Positions 10,747-20,185 of a stretch of 64,000 nt of DNA are shown in pieces; the first letter of the stretch is position 1; each line of letters starts with the position of its first letter. The DNA is from an uncultured delta proteobacterium (GTDB lineage Bacteria; Desulfobacterota; Desulfobacteria; Desulfobacterales; JAFDCJ01). The position numbers and the translations under genes were made by a program. The stretch spans positions 384,001 to 448,000 of the forward strand of contig CAVYNY010000010.1 of assembly GCA_963769935.1 (NCBI GenBank), written 5' to 3'. The notes under the pieces are model-generated. The model did not search any database, was not told the origin of the DNA, and worked only from the letters and a program-made list of their open reading frames with translations.

Positions 10747-10799
10747 ACCCCAGCACCCTGGAAACTAAATTTAAGGCTAAATATATATCGTAATGAAAC

Positions 10800-10833
10800 A
10801 AAAAAAAGGGGTGACATCAATAAATGTCACCCC
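10800..10833 (-). terminator. Intrinsic terminator downstream of hsp20
   Basis: GGGGTGACAT-loop-ATGTCACCCC followed by a T tract on the minus strand. Confidence 0.8.
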
Positions 10834-10869
10834 GGATACTACAGTTTTTTTTCAGAGCGGTCTTATTCG

Positions 10870-11316
10870 TCAGTGGACTGTTACTCGCTTGGCCTTTTTG
10901 TCCTCGGGTTTCGGGACCTCTATCTGCAGCACACCGTCCTTGAACTCGGCCTTTATTTTTTCCGAATCCACCTCGGCCGGCAAAGTAAATGCCCGTTGAA
11001 ACTTGCCGTAAGACCTTTCTCTGCGGTAGTAATTCTCTTCTTTGACCTCATTGTCGTAAGTGCGTTCACCGGATAAGGTCAAAACCCGATCCTTCAAATC
11101 AACTTTGATGTCATCTTTGTCAATTCCGGGAAGCTCGGCTTTAATTATGAAGTGGTCGTCTTTTTCATAGAGATCAACGGCCGGATTCCACATCCCCATA
11201 CTGTCTTCATCAGCCATGCGGCCAATACTGAAAAACGGGTCGTCGAACATACGATTGATCCGATTGGGCAACATCGGCATCTCTCTCCATGGATTCCATT
11301 TTACTAAGTTCATCAT
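10870..11316 (-). CDS. Small heat-shock protein, Hsp20/alpha-crystallin family
   Basis: PAVDLYE, AELPG, ERSYGKFQRAF, AEFKDGVLQIEVPK motifs. AAGGAGG SD. Confidence 0.95.
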   Translation of the reverse strand: MMNLVKWNPWREMPMLPNRINRMFDDPFFSIGRMADEDSMGMWNPAVDLYEKDDHFIIKAELPGIDKDDIKVDLKDRVLTLSGERTYDNEVKEENYYRRERSYGKFQRAFTLPAEVDSEKIKAEFKDGVLQIEVPKPEDKKAKRVTVH

Positions 11317-11525
11317 TTTATTTACCTCCTTTGATAAGTTAGGTTTTTTTCTTGAAGTAAGCTCATTGGCTATTGATATTACCAATCAATCTTTTACGAT
11401 CCTAAATTTAATTAATTTTTACCCGTTGTCAATATTATTTTAAATATTATTCGCTTGCATTACTAAATTAATGTATTAGATTTCAGTAATGATAATTGAG
11501 CGTTTAATTTAAAGGAGGAAAAAGT

Positions 11526-13442
11526 ATGAGTAAAATTATCGGAATAGATCTCGGAACGACCAATTCATGTGTGGCAATCATGGAAAGTGGAGATGCCAAG
11601 GTGATCACCAATTCCGAGGGCGGACGCACGACGCCTTCCATGGTAGCCCTAACGGACAGCGGCGAGCGATTGGTGGGCCAAATCGCCAAAAGACAGGCCG
11701 TTACCAATCCTGAAAATACGGTATTCGGAGTCAAACGCCTTATCGGCCGCAAGTGGGACTCGCCGGAAGTTCAAAACGACATCAAGGTCCTGCCGTATAA
11801 AATTGAAAAAGCGTCCAACGGCGACGTTCGCATCAGCCTGCGCTCTAAACAGTATAGTCCGGCGGAAATTTCATCGTTTATATTGGCCAGCATTAAAAAA
11901 TCAGCTGAAGAGTACCTGGGTGAAAAAATTACGGATGCCGTGATTACCGTGCCGGCCTATTTTAGCGACAGCCAGCGCCAGGCTACCAAGGATGCCGGAA
12001 AAATTGCCGGTCTGAATGTCTTGCGCATCATCAACGAACCGACGGCCGCTTCACTGGCTTATGGTCTCGACAAAAAAAAGGATGAAAAAATTGTGGTGTT
12101 CGATCTGGGCGGCGGGACCTTTGATGTCTCCATCCTTGAAATCGGCGATGGTGTTTTTGAAGTTAAATCGACCAACGGGGATACCCATTTAGGCGGTGAG
12201 GATTTCGATTTGATTCTGGTCGATTACCTGGCGGATGAATTTAAAAAGGATCAGGGAATTGATTTGAGAAAAGATAAAATGGCGTTGCAGCGCTTGAAAG
12301 AAGCCGCTGAAAAAGCGAAAATCGAATTATCCGCTTCCATGCAGACCGATGTCAATTTGCCGTTTATCACCGCCGATGCCGGCGGCCCCAAGCATCTGGC
12401 CATTAAAATTACCAGGGCCAAGCTGGAAAACCTGGTGGGCGGCTTGCTCGATAAATTGGAAGCTCCCTGCCGAACCGCCTTAAAAGACGCCGGCCTTTCA
12501 GCCGGCGACATCAACGAAGTCATTCTGGTCGGCGGCATGACCCGCATGCCGGCGGTACAGGAGCGGGTGAAAAAATTTTTCGGCAAAGAGCCCAACAAGA
12601 GCGTCAACCCGGATGAAGTCGTGGCCATGGGAGCTGCGATCCAGGGTGCGGTTTTAAAAGGTGATGTGCAGGATGTTCTGCTGCTGGATGTAACCCCCCT
12701 GTCGCTGGGAATCGAGACGCTGGGCGGCGTGATGACCAAACTGATTGAGAAAAACACTACTATCCCGGCGAAAAAAAGCCAGATATTCACCACCGCCGAT
12801 GACAACCAGCCGGCGGTATCGGTGCATGTCCTCCAGGGAGAGCGTGAAATGGCCGGCGACAACAAAACGCTGGGCCGTTTCGAACTGACCGGAATATCTC
12901 CGGCTCCCCGGGGCGTGCCTCAGATCGAGGTTGCCTTTGACATCGATGCCAACGGCATCGTGGAAGTATCGGCCAAAGATCAGGCTACCGGCAAAAAGCA
13001 GTCGATCCGGATTACCCATTCATCGGGTCTGACCCAGGCAGAAATCGATCGCCTGGTCAAAGATGCCGAGCTTCATTCGGCTGATGATCGCAAAAAAAAG
13101 GAACTGATCGATGCCCGCAATGCAGCGGACGGATTGATTTATTCCACCGAAAAAACACTGGCCGAAGCCGGTGATAAGATTGACCCCAATACCAGAGCCC
13201 AGGTCGAGCGGGCCGCCGAAGACCTGAAGCGGGCGGTGCAGGGTGACAATGCCGATGAAATCAAGCGTCTGACCGAAAACTTGAGCCACGCCACGCATGC
13301 GATGGCGCAGGCCATGTATCAGCAGCAGTCCGGTGCCTCGGCCGGCCGGCAATCGGGCAACAGTGCCGGCAACGCTTACGGGCCGGCCTCATCCGGCAGT
13401 GAAGATGAAGTGGTTGACGCCGAGTACGAGGAGGTCAACTAA
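11526..13442 (+). CDS. dnaK: Molecular chaperone DnaK (Hsp70)
   Basis: [34 protein letters not shown] motifs, C-terminal [19 protein letters not shown]. Confidence 0.98.
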   Translation: MSKIIGIDLGTTNSCVAIMESGDAKVITNSEGGRTTPSMVALTDSGERLVGQIAKRQAVTNPENTVFGVKRLIGRKWDSPEVQNDIKVLPYKIEKASNGDVRISLRSKQYSPAEISSFILASIKKSAEEYLGEKITDAVITVPAYFSDSQRQATKDAGKIAGLNVLRIINEPTAASLAYGLDKKKDEKIVVFDLGGGTFDVSILEIGDGVFEVKSTNGDTHLGGEDFDLILVDYLADEFKKDQGIDLRKDKMALQRLKEAAEKAKIELSASMQTDVNLPFITADAGGPKHLAIKITRAKLENLVGGLLDKLEAPCRTALKDAGLSAGDINEVILVGGMTRMPAVQERVKKFFGKEPNKSVNPDEVVAMGAAIQGAVLKGDVQDVLLLDVTPLSLGIETLGGVMTKLIEKNTTIPAKKSQIFTTADDNQPAVSVHVLQGEREMAGDNKTLGRFELTGISPAPRGVPQIEVAFDIDANGIVEVSAKDQATGKKQSIRITHSSGLTQAEIDRLVKDAELHSADDRKKKELIDARNAADGLIYSTEKTLAEAGDKIDPNTRAQVERAAEDLKRAVQGDNADEIKRLTENLSHATHAMAQAMYQQQSGASAGRQSGNSAGNAYGPASSGSEDEVVDAEYEEVN

Positions 13443-13456
13443 GCCTCAGGTATGAT

Positions 13457-13502
13457 AATAAAAAGGCGGCGGGTTCAACTCCCGCCGCCTCCACCATTTT
13501 TT
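13457..13502. terminator. Intrinsic terminator hairpin between dnaK and the convergent locus
   Basis: AGGCGGCGGG-TTCAACT-CCCGCCGCCT. The T tract is directly adjacent on the minus strand and offset on the plus strand. Confidence 0.75.
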
Positions 13503-13826
13503 ATTAATTATTTCAAATAATTATATTTTTTTTCGCTCGGTAAACATTCGGCAATGTCAATGTTTGCCGCAACACTCATCTTTAATACTTAGAAACGTTG
13601 TTGGATTGTTCTTTTAGACGTTTCGACGTCTGGCTTCGACTTACGAAACCATGCCACTTCCGCACCTTGGGTCTCTTGCACAATTCTCGGTACGAGGAAG
13701 ACCGTTGAGGCCAAAAAAGGGCAAACCAAACGAAACCGAAAATAGAATTTTTAATGATAAACGCTTCGAACTTCGGCTCGGCACGCCGGTATAATTTTTG
13801 AAAGGTGCGAAGCGATTTCTCCACTT

Positions 13827-15722
13827 CTAACCGGTTATAATATTGAGAATTTTCCGAAAACTTTGACGCAGCCGGGGTGCGGTGTTAAAGACTGAGTTTA
13901 TTTGCCCGAGCGTTAAACCGTCCAGGGTCATGTTGTTCGCGTCGATCTTTTCTTTGGCTTCCCGGCGGATCCGGCCGGCGGATTGCAGCAGCTCGGCCCG
14001 GGTGGCATCCTGCTCACGATGCAATATGATGGCCGCCAGCATCTGGTGTATATTCCGGCTGGCCTGGCATTTCGGATTTTCCACCACAATCGGGGTGAAC
14101 CCCCGGGCTGCCTGGCGCACCGCCTTGTCAAAGGGAATCGTTCCCAGAATCCCGATATCCACAAAGCACTTGTCTTTTACCAGTTTCTGCATGGTCTCGG
14201 CAATCCGCACATCCTGGTTGTTTTCAGTCATATTCAAAACAATGGACAGGCGAAACTGGTCAAATTGCTTTTTCAGTTCATAAAAAGCCTGCTGGTCCCG
14301 GGAACGAACTTCCTGATAGATAAAATCAAGGGAATAGTTTTTGGATGCTTCTAATGAGCCGTCTTTGATTTTGTCAGCCAGCTCCTTGAGTGTTTTGCGC
14401 TCTGAAAAAAATCGCTCCAGAAACCGGTTGAAAACAACCTTTACAAAGGCGTAGCTGTCCAAAACCGATGCCGGTTCCGTGCCGGAGACGACAATCTTTT
14501 GATCTGCCAGCAAAAAGAAATCCAGTCCGTTAAAGGTGGTGTCCCCACCCAGATCAACGATCAGGAAATCGGTCTCCAGCTCTTCTTTCAGGTGGCGCAT
14601 GATTTTAAGCTTCTGCGAATAGGGCAGATTCGCACTGCCCAGCCTCGAAGAATCTCCCCCGATCAAAGACAAGCCCTTGAATGCGGTGGGCGTGAGGATG
14701 TCCTGGATCGAATCTACTTTTTTATCCAGGAAATCGTTCCAGGTTTTGGCAAGGCTTTTGACGCCGGTATAAAGATGGACGTCGGCGCCGCCCAGATCAA
14801 GATCCGCCAGCACCACTTTCTCGCCTAAAAGGGCCAGACCCACCGCCAGATTCGCCGAAAGCATGGATTTTCCGACCCCCCCTTTAGCGCCTCCCACCGC
14901 AATTATCTTTTTACTGCTTTTCTTGACCGCTGAAGCATCCGGTATGGATTCAAATTCTCCGGCCGGCAGTATCTTTTTGATTAAGGAAGCTGTAGAAGAA
15001 GCACCTGCCGGCACAGGCTTGGCCTGCTCGATGGGCGTCTTCGAGCCGACCGCCGGGGCCGGGGCCGGTTTTTCGGCAGCCTTCAGCGGAGACCCGCCGG
15101 CGGCGGTTTGAGTCGGTCCAGCCGGCGGGATTGCAGCCGCGATCGGCTTGGACGGCAAAGGCTTGCCCTGCTCAAGGGGTGCCTTCGGGCCGGCCGCCGG
15201 GTCCGGGGCCGGTTTTTCGGCAGCCTTCAGCGGAGACCCGCCGGCGGCGGTTTGAGTCGGTCCAGCCGGCGGGATTGCAGCCGCGATCGGCTTGGACGGC
15301 AAAGGCTTGCCCTGCTCAAGGGGTGCCTTCGGGCCGGCCGCCGGTGCGGAGACCGGTTGTTCGGCTGCCTTCTGCAGAGACCCGCCGGCGGCGGTTTGGG
15401 TCGCTCCAGTCGCCGGGATTGCAGCCGCGGCCGGTTTAGAAATCACAGGCTTGGCCTGCTCAAGGGGCATCTTCGGGCCGACCGCCGGTGCTGGGACAGC
15501 TCGTTCGGCTGCCTTCAGCGGGAACCCGCCGGCGGCGGTTTGAGTCGGTCCAGCCGGCGGGATTGCAGCCGCGGCCGGCTGGGGAGGCAAAGGTTTCGGG
15601 AGCTTTTTGTCAGGTCCTTCAGGATCGCTGGACGATGCTTCCGGCAGAATCTTTGCTTTTTCCTGTGATTCGTCTGAAGATACAGCCATTTGCAATTTTT
15701 CTTTATTTTGATCGAAGATCAA
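13827..15722 (-). CDS. MinD/FlhG/ParA-family P-loop ATPase with N-terminal Pro/Ala-rich tandem repeats
   Basis: Deviant Walker A AKGGVGKS, DLDLGGAD and VDLGG motifs. TTG start at 15722 follows GGAGGAGG (alternative ATG at 15689). Confidence 0.88.
   Translation of the reverse strand: MIFDQNKEKLQMAVSSDESQEKAKILPEASSSDPEGPDKKLPKPLPPQPAAAAIPPAGPTQTAAGGFPLKAAERAVPAPAVGPKMPLEQAKPVISKPAAAAIPATGATQTAAGGSLQKAAEQPVSAPAAGPKAPLEQGKPLPSKPIAAAIPPAGPTQTAAGGSPLKAAEKPAPDPAAGPKAPLEQGKPLPSKPIAAAIPPAGPTQTAAGGSPLKAAEKPAPAPAVGSKTPIEQAKPVPAGASSTASLIKKILPAGEFESIPDASAVKKSSKKIIAVGGAKGGVGKSMLSANLAVGLALLGEKVVLADLDLGGADVHLYTGVKSLAKTWNDFLDKKVDSIQDILTPTAFKGLSLIGGDSSRLGSANLPYSQKLKIMRHLKEELETDFLIVDLGGDTTFNGLDFFLLADQKIVVSGTEPASVLDSYAFVKVVFNRFLERFFSERKTLKELADKIKDGSLEASKNYSLDFIYQEVRSRDQQAFYELKKQFDQFRLSIVLNMTENNQDVRIAETMQKLVKDKCFVDIGILGTIPFDKAVRQAARGFTPIVVENPKCQASRNIHQMLAAIILHREQDATRAELLQSAGRIRREAKEKIDANNMTLDGLTLGQINSVFNTAPRLRQSFRKILNIITG
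15010..15595 (-). repeat. Four in-frame 144-bp (48-aa) tandem repeats
   Basis: Anchor (G/A)ACCCGCCGGCGGCGGTTTG recurs at 15091, 15235, 15379 and 15523, a period of 144. Confidence 0.95.
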
Positions 15723-15954
15723 TGCAGAACCTCCTCCACTCAGCTTGATAGATCCGGTGTGTTTTTTAACGTCAATTTCTTTACAAATGGATCGGACTCT
15801 TTGGAAGTAAAGAATCCTGGCCCAGAGGGCCACGCTTTGAGTTCACCCCAGCTTCCGGCTCGTAGAGCCTACAGCTCGCAGAGAGGGGTGGTGTTTGCCG
15901 CCAGATAACCCATGGAATAACGGAATGTTGGAAAAACCTAAACCACGTATGCGC

Positions 15955-15971
15955 AGCAAAGTTTATGCCAA
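15955..15971 (-). promoter_or_regulatory. Sigma-54 -24/-12 promoter
   Basis: Minus strand TTGGCATAAACTTTGCT, GG-N10-GC, close to consensus TGGCACG-N4-TTGCW. Confidence 0.8.
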
Positions 15972-16112
15972 CTCTATAAATTGGGGCGTGTCAATTTTAT
16001 ATAATAACTATTTAGGGTTACGAAGGCGCCGGACTAAAAATTGGTAGAATTGAAAGTCAATAGTTTGACGCGGGCGAATAATTGGCGGCAAGCTGAAAGG
16101 AGCTGAAACTGA

Positions 16113-16346
16113 TCATACGGCCGATAATACGACTGGTTTTTCACGAAGTTCACCGCCTTTCGCTTTAAGCCGGTATTTTCCATAAGGTGTCTCTACCTCC
16201 TTGCCCAGTATCATTTCCTTGATTGCCGGGGTTACCTTTTTGTAGATCCTGTAAAGGTCGTCCATTAACTCAAGTTCGGAAATCTCCTGCCAAACGTCCT
16301 CTTCGTGATGTTGAACCTCGTACAGCGGCATTGAAAACAGCAACAT
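16113..16346 (-). CDS. Small hypothetical protein (77 aa) downstream of a c-di-GMP riboswitch
   Basis: GAGAGG SD, protein-like composition, lies directly after the riboswitch terminator. Confidence 0.7.
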   Translation of the reverse strand: MLLFSMPLYEVQHHEEDVWQEISELELMDDLYRIYKKVTPAIKEMILGKEVETPYGKYRLKAKGGELREKPVVLSAV

Positions 16347-16390
16347 TTCCCAATATCCTCTCTAAACTGATTTCAGAACTCAGGCGATCA

Positions 16391-16430
16391 ACAAAAAGCC
16401 GGGAACCCAACCTAAAGGTTACCCGGCTTA
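16391..16430 (-). terminator. Riboswitch expression-platform terminator
   Basis: Minus strand AAGCCGGG-TAACCTTTAGGTTGGGTT-CCCGGCTT-TTTGTT. Confidence 0.8.
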
Positions 16431-16437
16431 ATCTGCT

Positions 16438-16523
16438 TAATCCTTTGGCAACCTCGGCTACCTTTTATAGGTCCGTTGGTTTTCCGTCCCTGCCTCCCGG
16501 CAGGTTTGGCTTTTCATGGATTC
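16438..16523 (-). ncRNA. Cyclic di-GMP-I (GEMM) riboswitch aptamer
   Basis: Minus strand GCCAAACC-TGCC-GGGA-GGCA-GG-GACGGAAA-ACCAACGG-ACC-TATAAAA-GGT-AGCCG-AGGT-TGCC matches the GEMM-I P2 (GNRA loop), junction and P3 pattern. Confidence 0.9.
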
Positions 16524-16627
16524 TATTACACCCAATAATTATTAAAATAGTTTATCAGCGCTTTGCGCATTCGTCAATTATCATTTATTGCTTTTCTATT
16601 GAAACCGATTGGGCTAAATTACCGGGC

Positions 16628-17374
16628 ATGCGGTCTCAATTGAAAAAAGTGATGCCTGCGCTGGCGGCCGTCAGTTTGGTTTTTGCTATCGGCTACTGTG
16701 CTTATGTCTATCTCAGCCTGCCCGATGTGACCGTTTTGCGAACCCAAAATCCCAAAACGACCGCCCTGATGCTGCAGCGGTACCGGCAAGCGCAAAATGA
16801 AGGCAAGGATCTGATTATCCGGCAGGAATGGGTTTCATTCGAACGAATTCCCAAGCTTTTGAAGGACACCATCAGAGTTTCTGAAGATGCCGGGTTTTAC
16901 CAGCACCAGGCATTGGATTTCACTGAATTGAAGGCCGCCATTAGGAAAAACTGGCAAAAAGGCAGATACGTCCGGGGTGCCAGCACCATCACCCAGCAGC
17001 TGGCCAAAAATCTTTACCTTTCCACCGAAAAAACCATCATTCGAAAGATAAAGGAGCTGCTTATCGCCCGCAGACTGGAAAAATATCTAAATAAAAACCG
17101 AATCTTCCAGCTGTATTTGAATGTTATCGAATTTGGTCCGGGTATATTTGGCGTGCAGGCTGCTTCACAATATTTTTTCCACAAAGAGGTCGGCCGGTTA
17201 AACCTTGAAGAAATAGTCAGATTAACTGCCGTGATTCCCAAGCCGCTTCAAGTAAATGCAGCCGGAAACGGCCGCTGGCTCAGATGGAAATCCCGCTGGA
17301 TTCTGAATACGCTCCGAAGATACGAATACATTGATCAAAGCCAGTATCGAACGGCGATCGAATTATTTCAATAG
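16628..17374 (+). CDS. mtgA: Monofunctional biosynthetic peptidoglycan transglycosylase
   Basis: SEDAGFYQH, RGASTITQQLAKNL, RKIKE, YLNVIEFG motifs. N-terminal TM. Start at ATG 16628. Confidence 0.92.
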   Translation: MRSQLKKVMPALAAVSLVFAIGYCAYVYLSLPDVTVLRTQNPKTTALMLQRYRQAQNEGKDLIIRQEWVSFERIPKLLKDTIRVSEDAGFYQHQALDFTELKAAIRKNWQKGRYVRGASTITQQLAKNLYLSTEKTIIRKIKELLIARRLEKYLNKNRIFQLYLNVIEFGPGIFGVQAASQYFFHKEVGRLNLEEIVRLTAVIPKPLQVNAAGNGRWLRWKSRWILNTLRRYEYIDQSQYRTAIELFQ

Positions 17375-17396
17375 GAGTCAATATTGGTTTCGAACT

Positions 17397-19316
17397 TCAG
17401 CGGGGTTCGAGCAGCAGGACCCCCTCGTCCGTATTCATATCCACTCGAAATCGATGCAGGTAATTGAGTCCCAGCAGCCCCCAGTCGGGTTGATTCGGAA
17501 TATCTAAAACCAGCGCCTTGATGTCATTGACCTCCCAGCCTTCAATGGTAATCGAGGATAGACTCACTTCCGGCGCATATTGCACGCCGCCGGCGGTAAT
17601 AATTTTTCGCATGGGATTGCGCCCATCGATGGACAGGCCCAGTTCTTGAGCGGTTGTGCTGGGTATGGTCACCATTGATGCGCCGGTGTCCACAATAAAG
17701 TTTTGATACGTATTCCCATTGAGGACGGCGTTGACGGGGATTTGGTGGGAGCCGGGAGCAAATTCGATGACGATTTTTCCTTCCTGCGCCTTTAATTCTG
17801 ATATTTGATTCTGCAGATTCTGAATTTTGTCTTTTAAAGAGGCCGGATATTCTTTCGCCGCCAGAATTTCTTCGGCTTCAGCCCAGTTGTTTTCGGCCAG
17901 CGCCAGCTGCACCCCCATTAAATGGACGTTCAGATCATCGGGCAATCGGCGTCCCGCGAGTCGATAGGCTCTCCAGGCGGCCTGCAAATTGTCCTGGTTA
18001 AATAGGGCTGTAATCCAGTTTAAATAAAGATCCGCAAAGGTCTTGGTCAGCAGCGCCGAATCCCGCTCGCTGACCGCCGACAGGCCATCCGCCACATTCT
18101 GGGCCAGTTCAATCGCCCCTTCATAGCCATAGCTTTGCGCAGTTGCCCGAGCCACGGTCATCAGCAATTCAGCATCGGCGGCTTCGATTAAAATCTGAGT
18201 ATCAAAAATATCGGCCAGTTCCCTGCTGTTGCCGGCTTTTAGGGCGTTTCCAGCCAGCTTTTTCATATTCTCAACGGCAAATGCCCTCTGCAGATGAGCT
18301 GGTGTTATTTTGTCCGCAAGCTTCGGAGCGATTCTAAAGGCGTTGGCCAGGGCTTCCAGCCGCTCCAGATCCGAGTAGTCCGGCCCCATCGCGTAGGCGC
18401 GCACCAATTCTTCTTCTCTGCTGTTCGCAAATGTAATTCGGTAAAAATCATCGACCCGAATCTCGGGGCTCAGATACCGGCCCTCATCACCGTTCCAGAT
18501 AAAAGCACCTTCAATATTATTGCCAAAGGTCCATCCCACAACTCGATCCTGCTGAATCAGAATGCCATTTTCAGTGAAATTCCCGGCCAGGGTACCTTCA
18601 ATAAAATGCCCCTGTTCGTTCGGATTTTCAAATTCCACGGGTTCCGGAGAACTCAACGCCGCCAAAGGCAACCAGGTTAATTGCCCGTCGGCCGACCATG
18701 GAGCAAGCTCCGGCCCCTCAATTCTAAAATCTTCCATAATTCGCCACAGCCCGATGCGGTCGTAGTCACTGTAAATTCCACCGACAATACCAACCTCAAG
18801 ATCCGGTCCTATTTTGAGCGTCCATTCGGCGCCGCCCAGACACACCTGCTTCGGCAAAGCCACCCAGCCTCCGCCAACCACCGCCACGGGGACCTCTTTT
18901 ATAATTTTCCCGGTAATATCTTTAATGACAACCGTTCCAACCGGAATTTTTATTTTGGACGGTGAGCTGTGCGCGCTGGTATCATCGTTTTGCTTTTGGG
19001 GTACGACACCCTTGGTGGGCGCTTCAGCGATATCCTTGGGGAGAAGCGGCGTCTCGGCGGACGGAATTTCAGCAGGTAATTTTTGCGGCTTACGTTCGGC
19101 AATTCGCTGATGGCCAAAGTAGTACAACGCAGCGGCCATACAAACGAGCACGATGACAACCCATGCCCACCGGGAATTGCGGCCGGAGGGTATATGCAGC
19201 CGCGTCCCGCAGTTCAGGCAGAAATTGGACTCGAGGAAATTTGCCGTCTTACACTTCGGGCATGTTAAGACATCGTCGCTCTCAGGTAAGATGATTTTTA
19301 GATCATTATCCGCCAT
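17397..19316 (-). CDS. Membrane-anchored retropepsin-like (clan AA) aspartic protease with N-terminal zinc ribbon
   Basis: CPKC...CLNC ribbon, TM segment, helical TPR-like region, C-terminal FIVDTGAS and GLLGLNYL. Confidence 0.85.
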   Translation of the reverse strand: MADNDLKIILPESDDVLTCPKCKTANFLESNFCLNCGTRLHIPSGRNSRWAWVVIVLVCMAAALYYFGHQRIAERKPQKLPAEIPSAETPLLPKDIAEAPTKGVVPQKQNDDTSAHSSPSKIKIPVGTVVIKDITGKIIKEVPVAVVGGGWVALPKQVCLGGAEWTLKIGPDLEVGIVGGIYSDYDRIGLWRIMEDFRIEGPELAPWSADGQLTWLPLAALSSPEPVEFENPNEQGHFIEGTLAGNFTENGILIQQDRVVGWTFGNNIEGAFIWNGDEGRYLSPEIRVDDFYRITFANSREEELVRAYAMGPDYSDLERLEALANAFRIAPKLADKITPAHLQRAFAVENMKKLAGNALKAGNSRELADIFDTQILIEAADAELLMTVARATAQSYGYEGAIELAQNVADGLSAVSERDSALLTKTFADLYLNWITALFNQDNLQAAWRAYRLAGRRLPDDLNVHLMGVQLALAENNWAEAEEILAAKEYPASLKDKIQNLQNQISELKAQEGKIVIEFAPGSHQIPVNAVLNGNTYQNFIVDTGASMVTIPSTTAQELGLSIDGRNPMRKIITAGGVQYAPEVSLSSITIEGWEVNDIKALVLDIPNQPDWGLLGLNYLHRFRVDMNTDEGVLLLEPR

Positions 19317-19387
19317 ATGCCTGCTAGTTTTCGTCAAATAAGATCATTTGAAAATCAGCTAAAGCCAGGCATCAACTGAATTTAATT

Positions 19388-20185
19388 TCACGTGTTCGGA
19401 CGTAAACATTCTCGGACCTGCATAAAAGTATCAGGAGACGCCACCAGCAAATGCTCATCGATTCTCTGTCCGTCCAGGTATTCATTCAGATGAAAATCAC
19501 ATCCGTCAAATTTGCAGATTTTCCCCCCGGCCGCCTCGATTATCACCCGGGCCGCCGCCAACCCCTGGAAGGATTCATTGGCTACAACCGCCGCATCCGC
19601 CCGTCCCATGGCCACATAACATATATGAGCGGATGAACACCCCAAATTCCGAATTTTACCGGGAAAGGTCGAGTAATAATGCTGATGAAATCGCGAAAAA
19701 GTAAACAACAAACTTTCATCGTTGATGGTGTGCCCATCGTCTATTTTTATCTTCTGCTTCCCCCAATAAGCGTTCTGTCCGGCCCTGGCATGAAATAGAT
19801 CACCGGTGGCGGGCATATAAAAAACGCCGAAAATGGGCCAAAAATTATCAATCAGAGCCAGAGACATGCCCCAGATCGGAATGCCGGCCTGAAAATTGGC
19901 CACGCCCTCTATGGCATCGAAAATCCACAGATATCGTTTTCCTTCATGGGAGTAGTTTTCGTTTAATTGGTCGAACTTGAACACCTGGTGTTCGGGATAC
20001 AGTTCGGCCAGTTTTGCTTGAAAGTGATCCGTTAATCGCAGCTCCGCTTCGATGACCATCCCCTGGTCGAATTTCACCTGGGGTTGGCCTTTGCCATAAA
20101 ACGCCAAGGCTTTTTTGCCTGCTTCTTTGATAAATTCAGTCGCAAATGTGCTTAATTCTTCGATCCCATGACCTTTGGCACCCAT
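19388..20185 (-). CDS. Inositol monophosphatase-family protein with degenerate catalytic motifs
   Basis: WIFDAIEGVANF, RNLGCSSAHICYVAMG and IIEAAGG motifs. Confidence 0.85.
   Translation of the reverse strand: MGAKGHGIEELSTFATEFIKEAGKKALAFYGKGQPQVKFDQGMVIEAELRLTDHFQAKLAELYPEHQVFKFDQLNENYSHEGKRYLWIFDAIEGVANFQAGIPIWGMSLALIDNFWPIFGVFYMPATGDLFHARAGQNAYWGKQKIKIDDGHTINDESLLFTFSRFHQHYYSTFPGKIRNLGCSSAHICYVAMGRADAAVVANESFQGLAAARVIIEAAGGKICKFDGCDFHLNEYLDGQRIDEHLLVASPDTFMQVRECLRPNT

Noticed and set aside
13650..13740. HDV-like ribozyme (TCCTCGT) or GEMM start (GGGCAAACC) in the dnaK downstream region
   Set aside because: The required flanking pairings are absent. Kept only as a generic ncRNA candidate.
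15010..15595. CRISPR array
   Set aside because: The repeats are contiguous, in-frame 144-bp coding units with no unique spacers, and no cas genes are present.
16223..16627. 135-aa N-terminal extension of MtgA in the ORF track
   Set aside because: It overlaps the riboswitch and the small ORF on the opposite strand. The real protein begins near the TM at ATG 16628.
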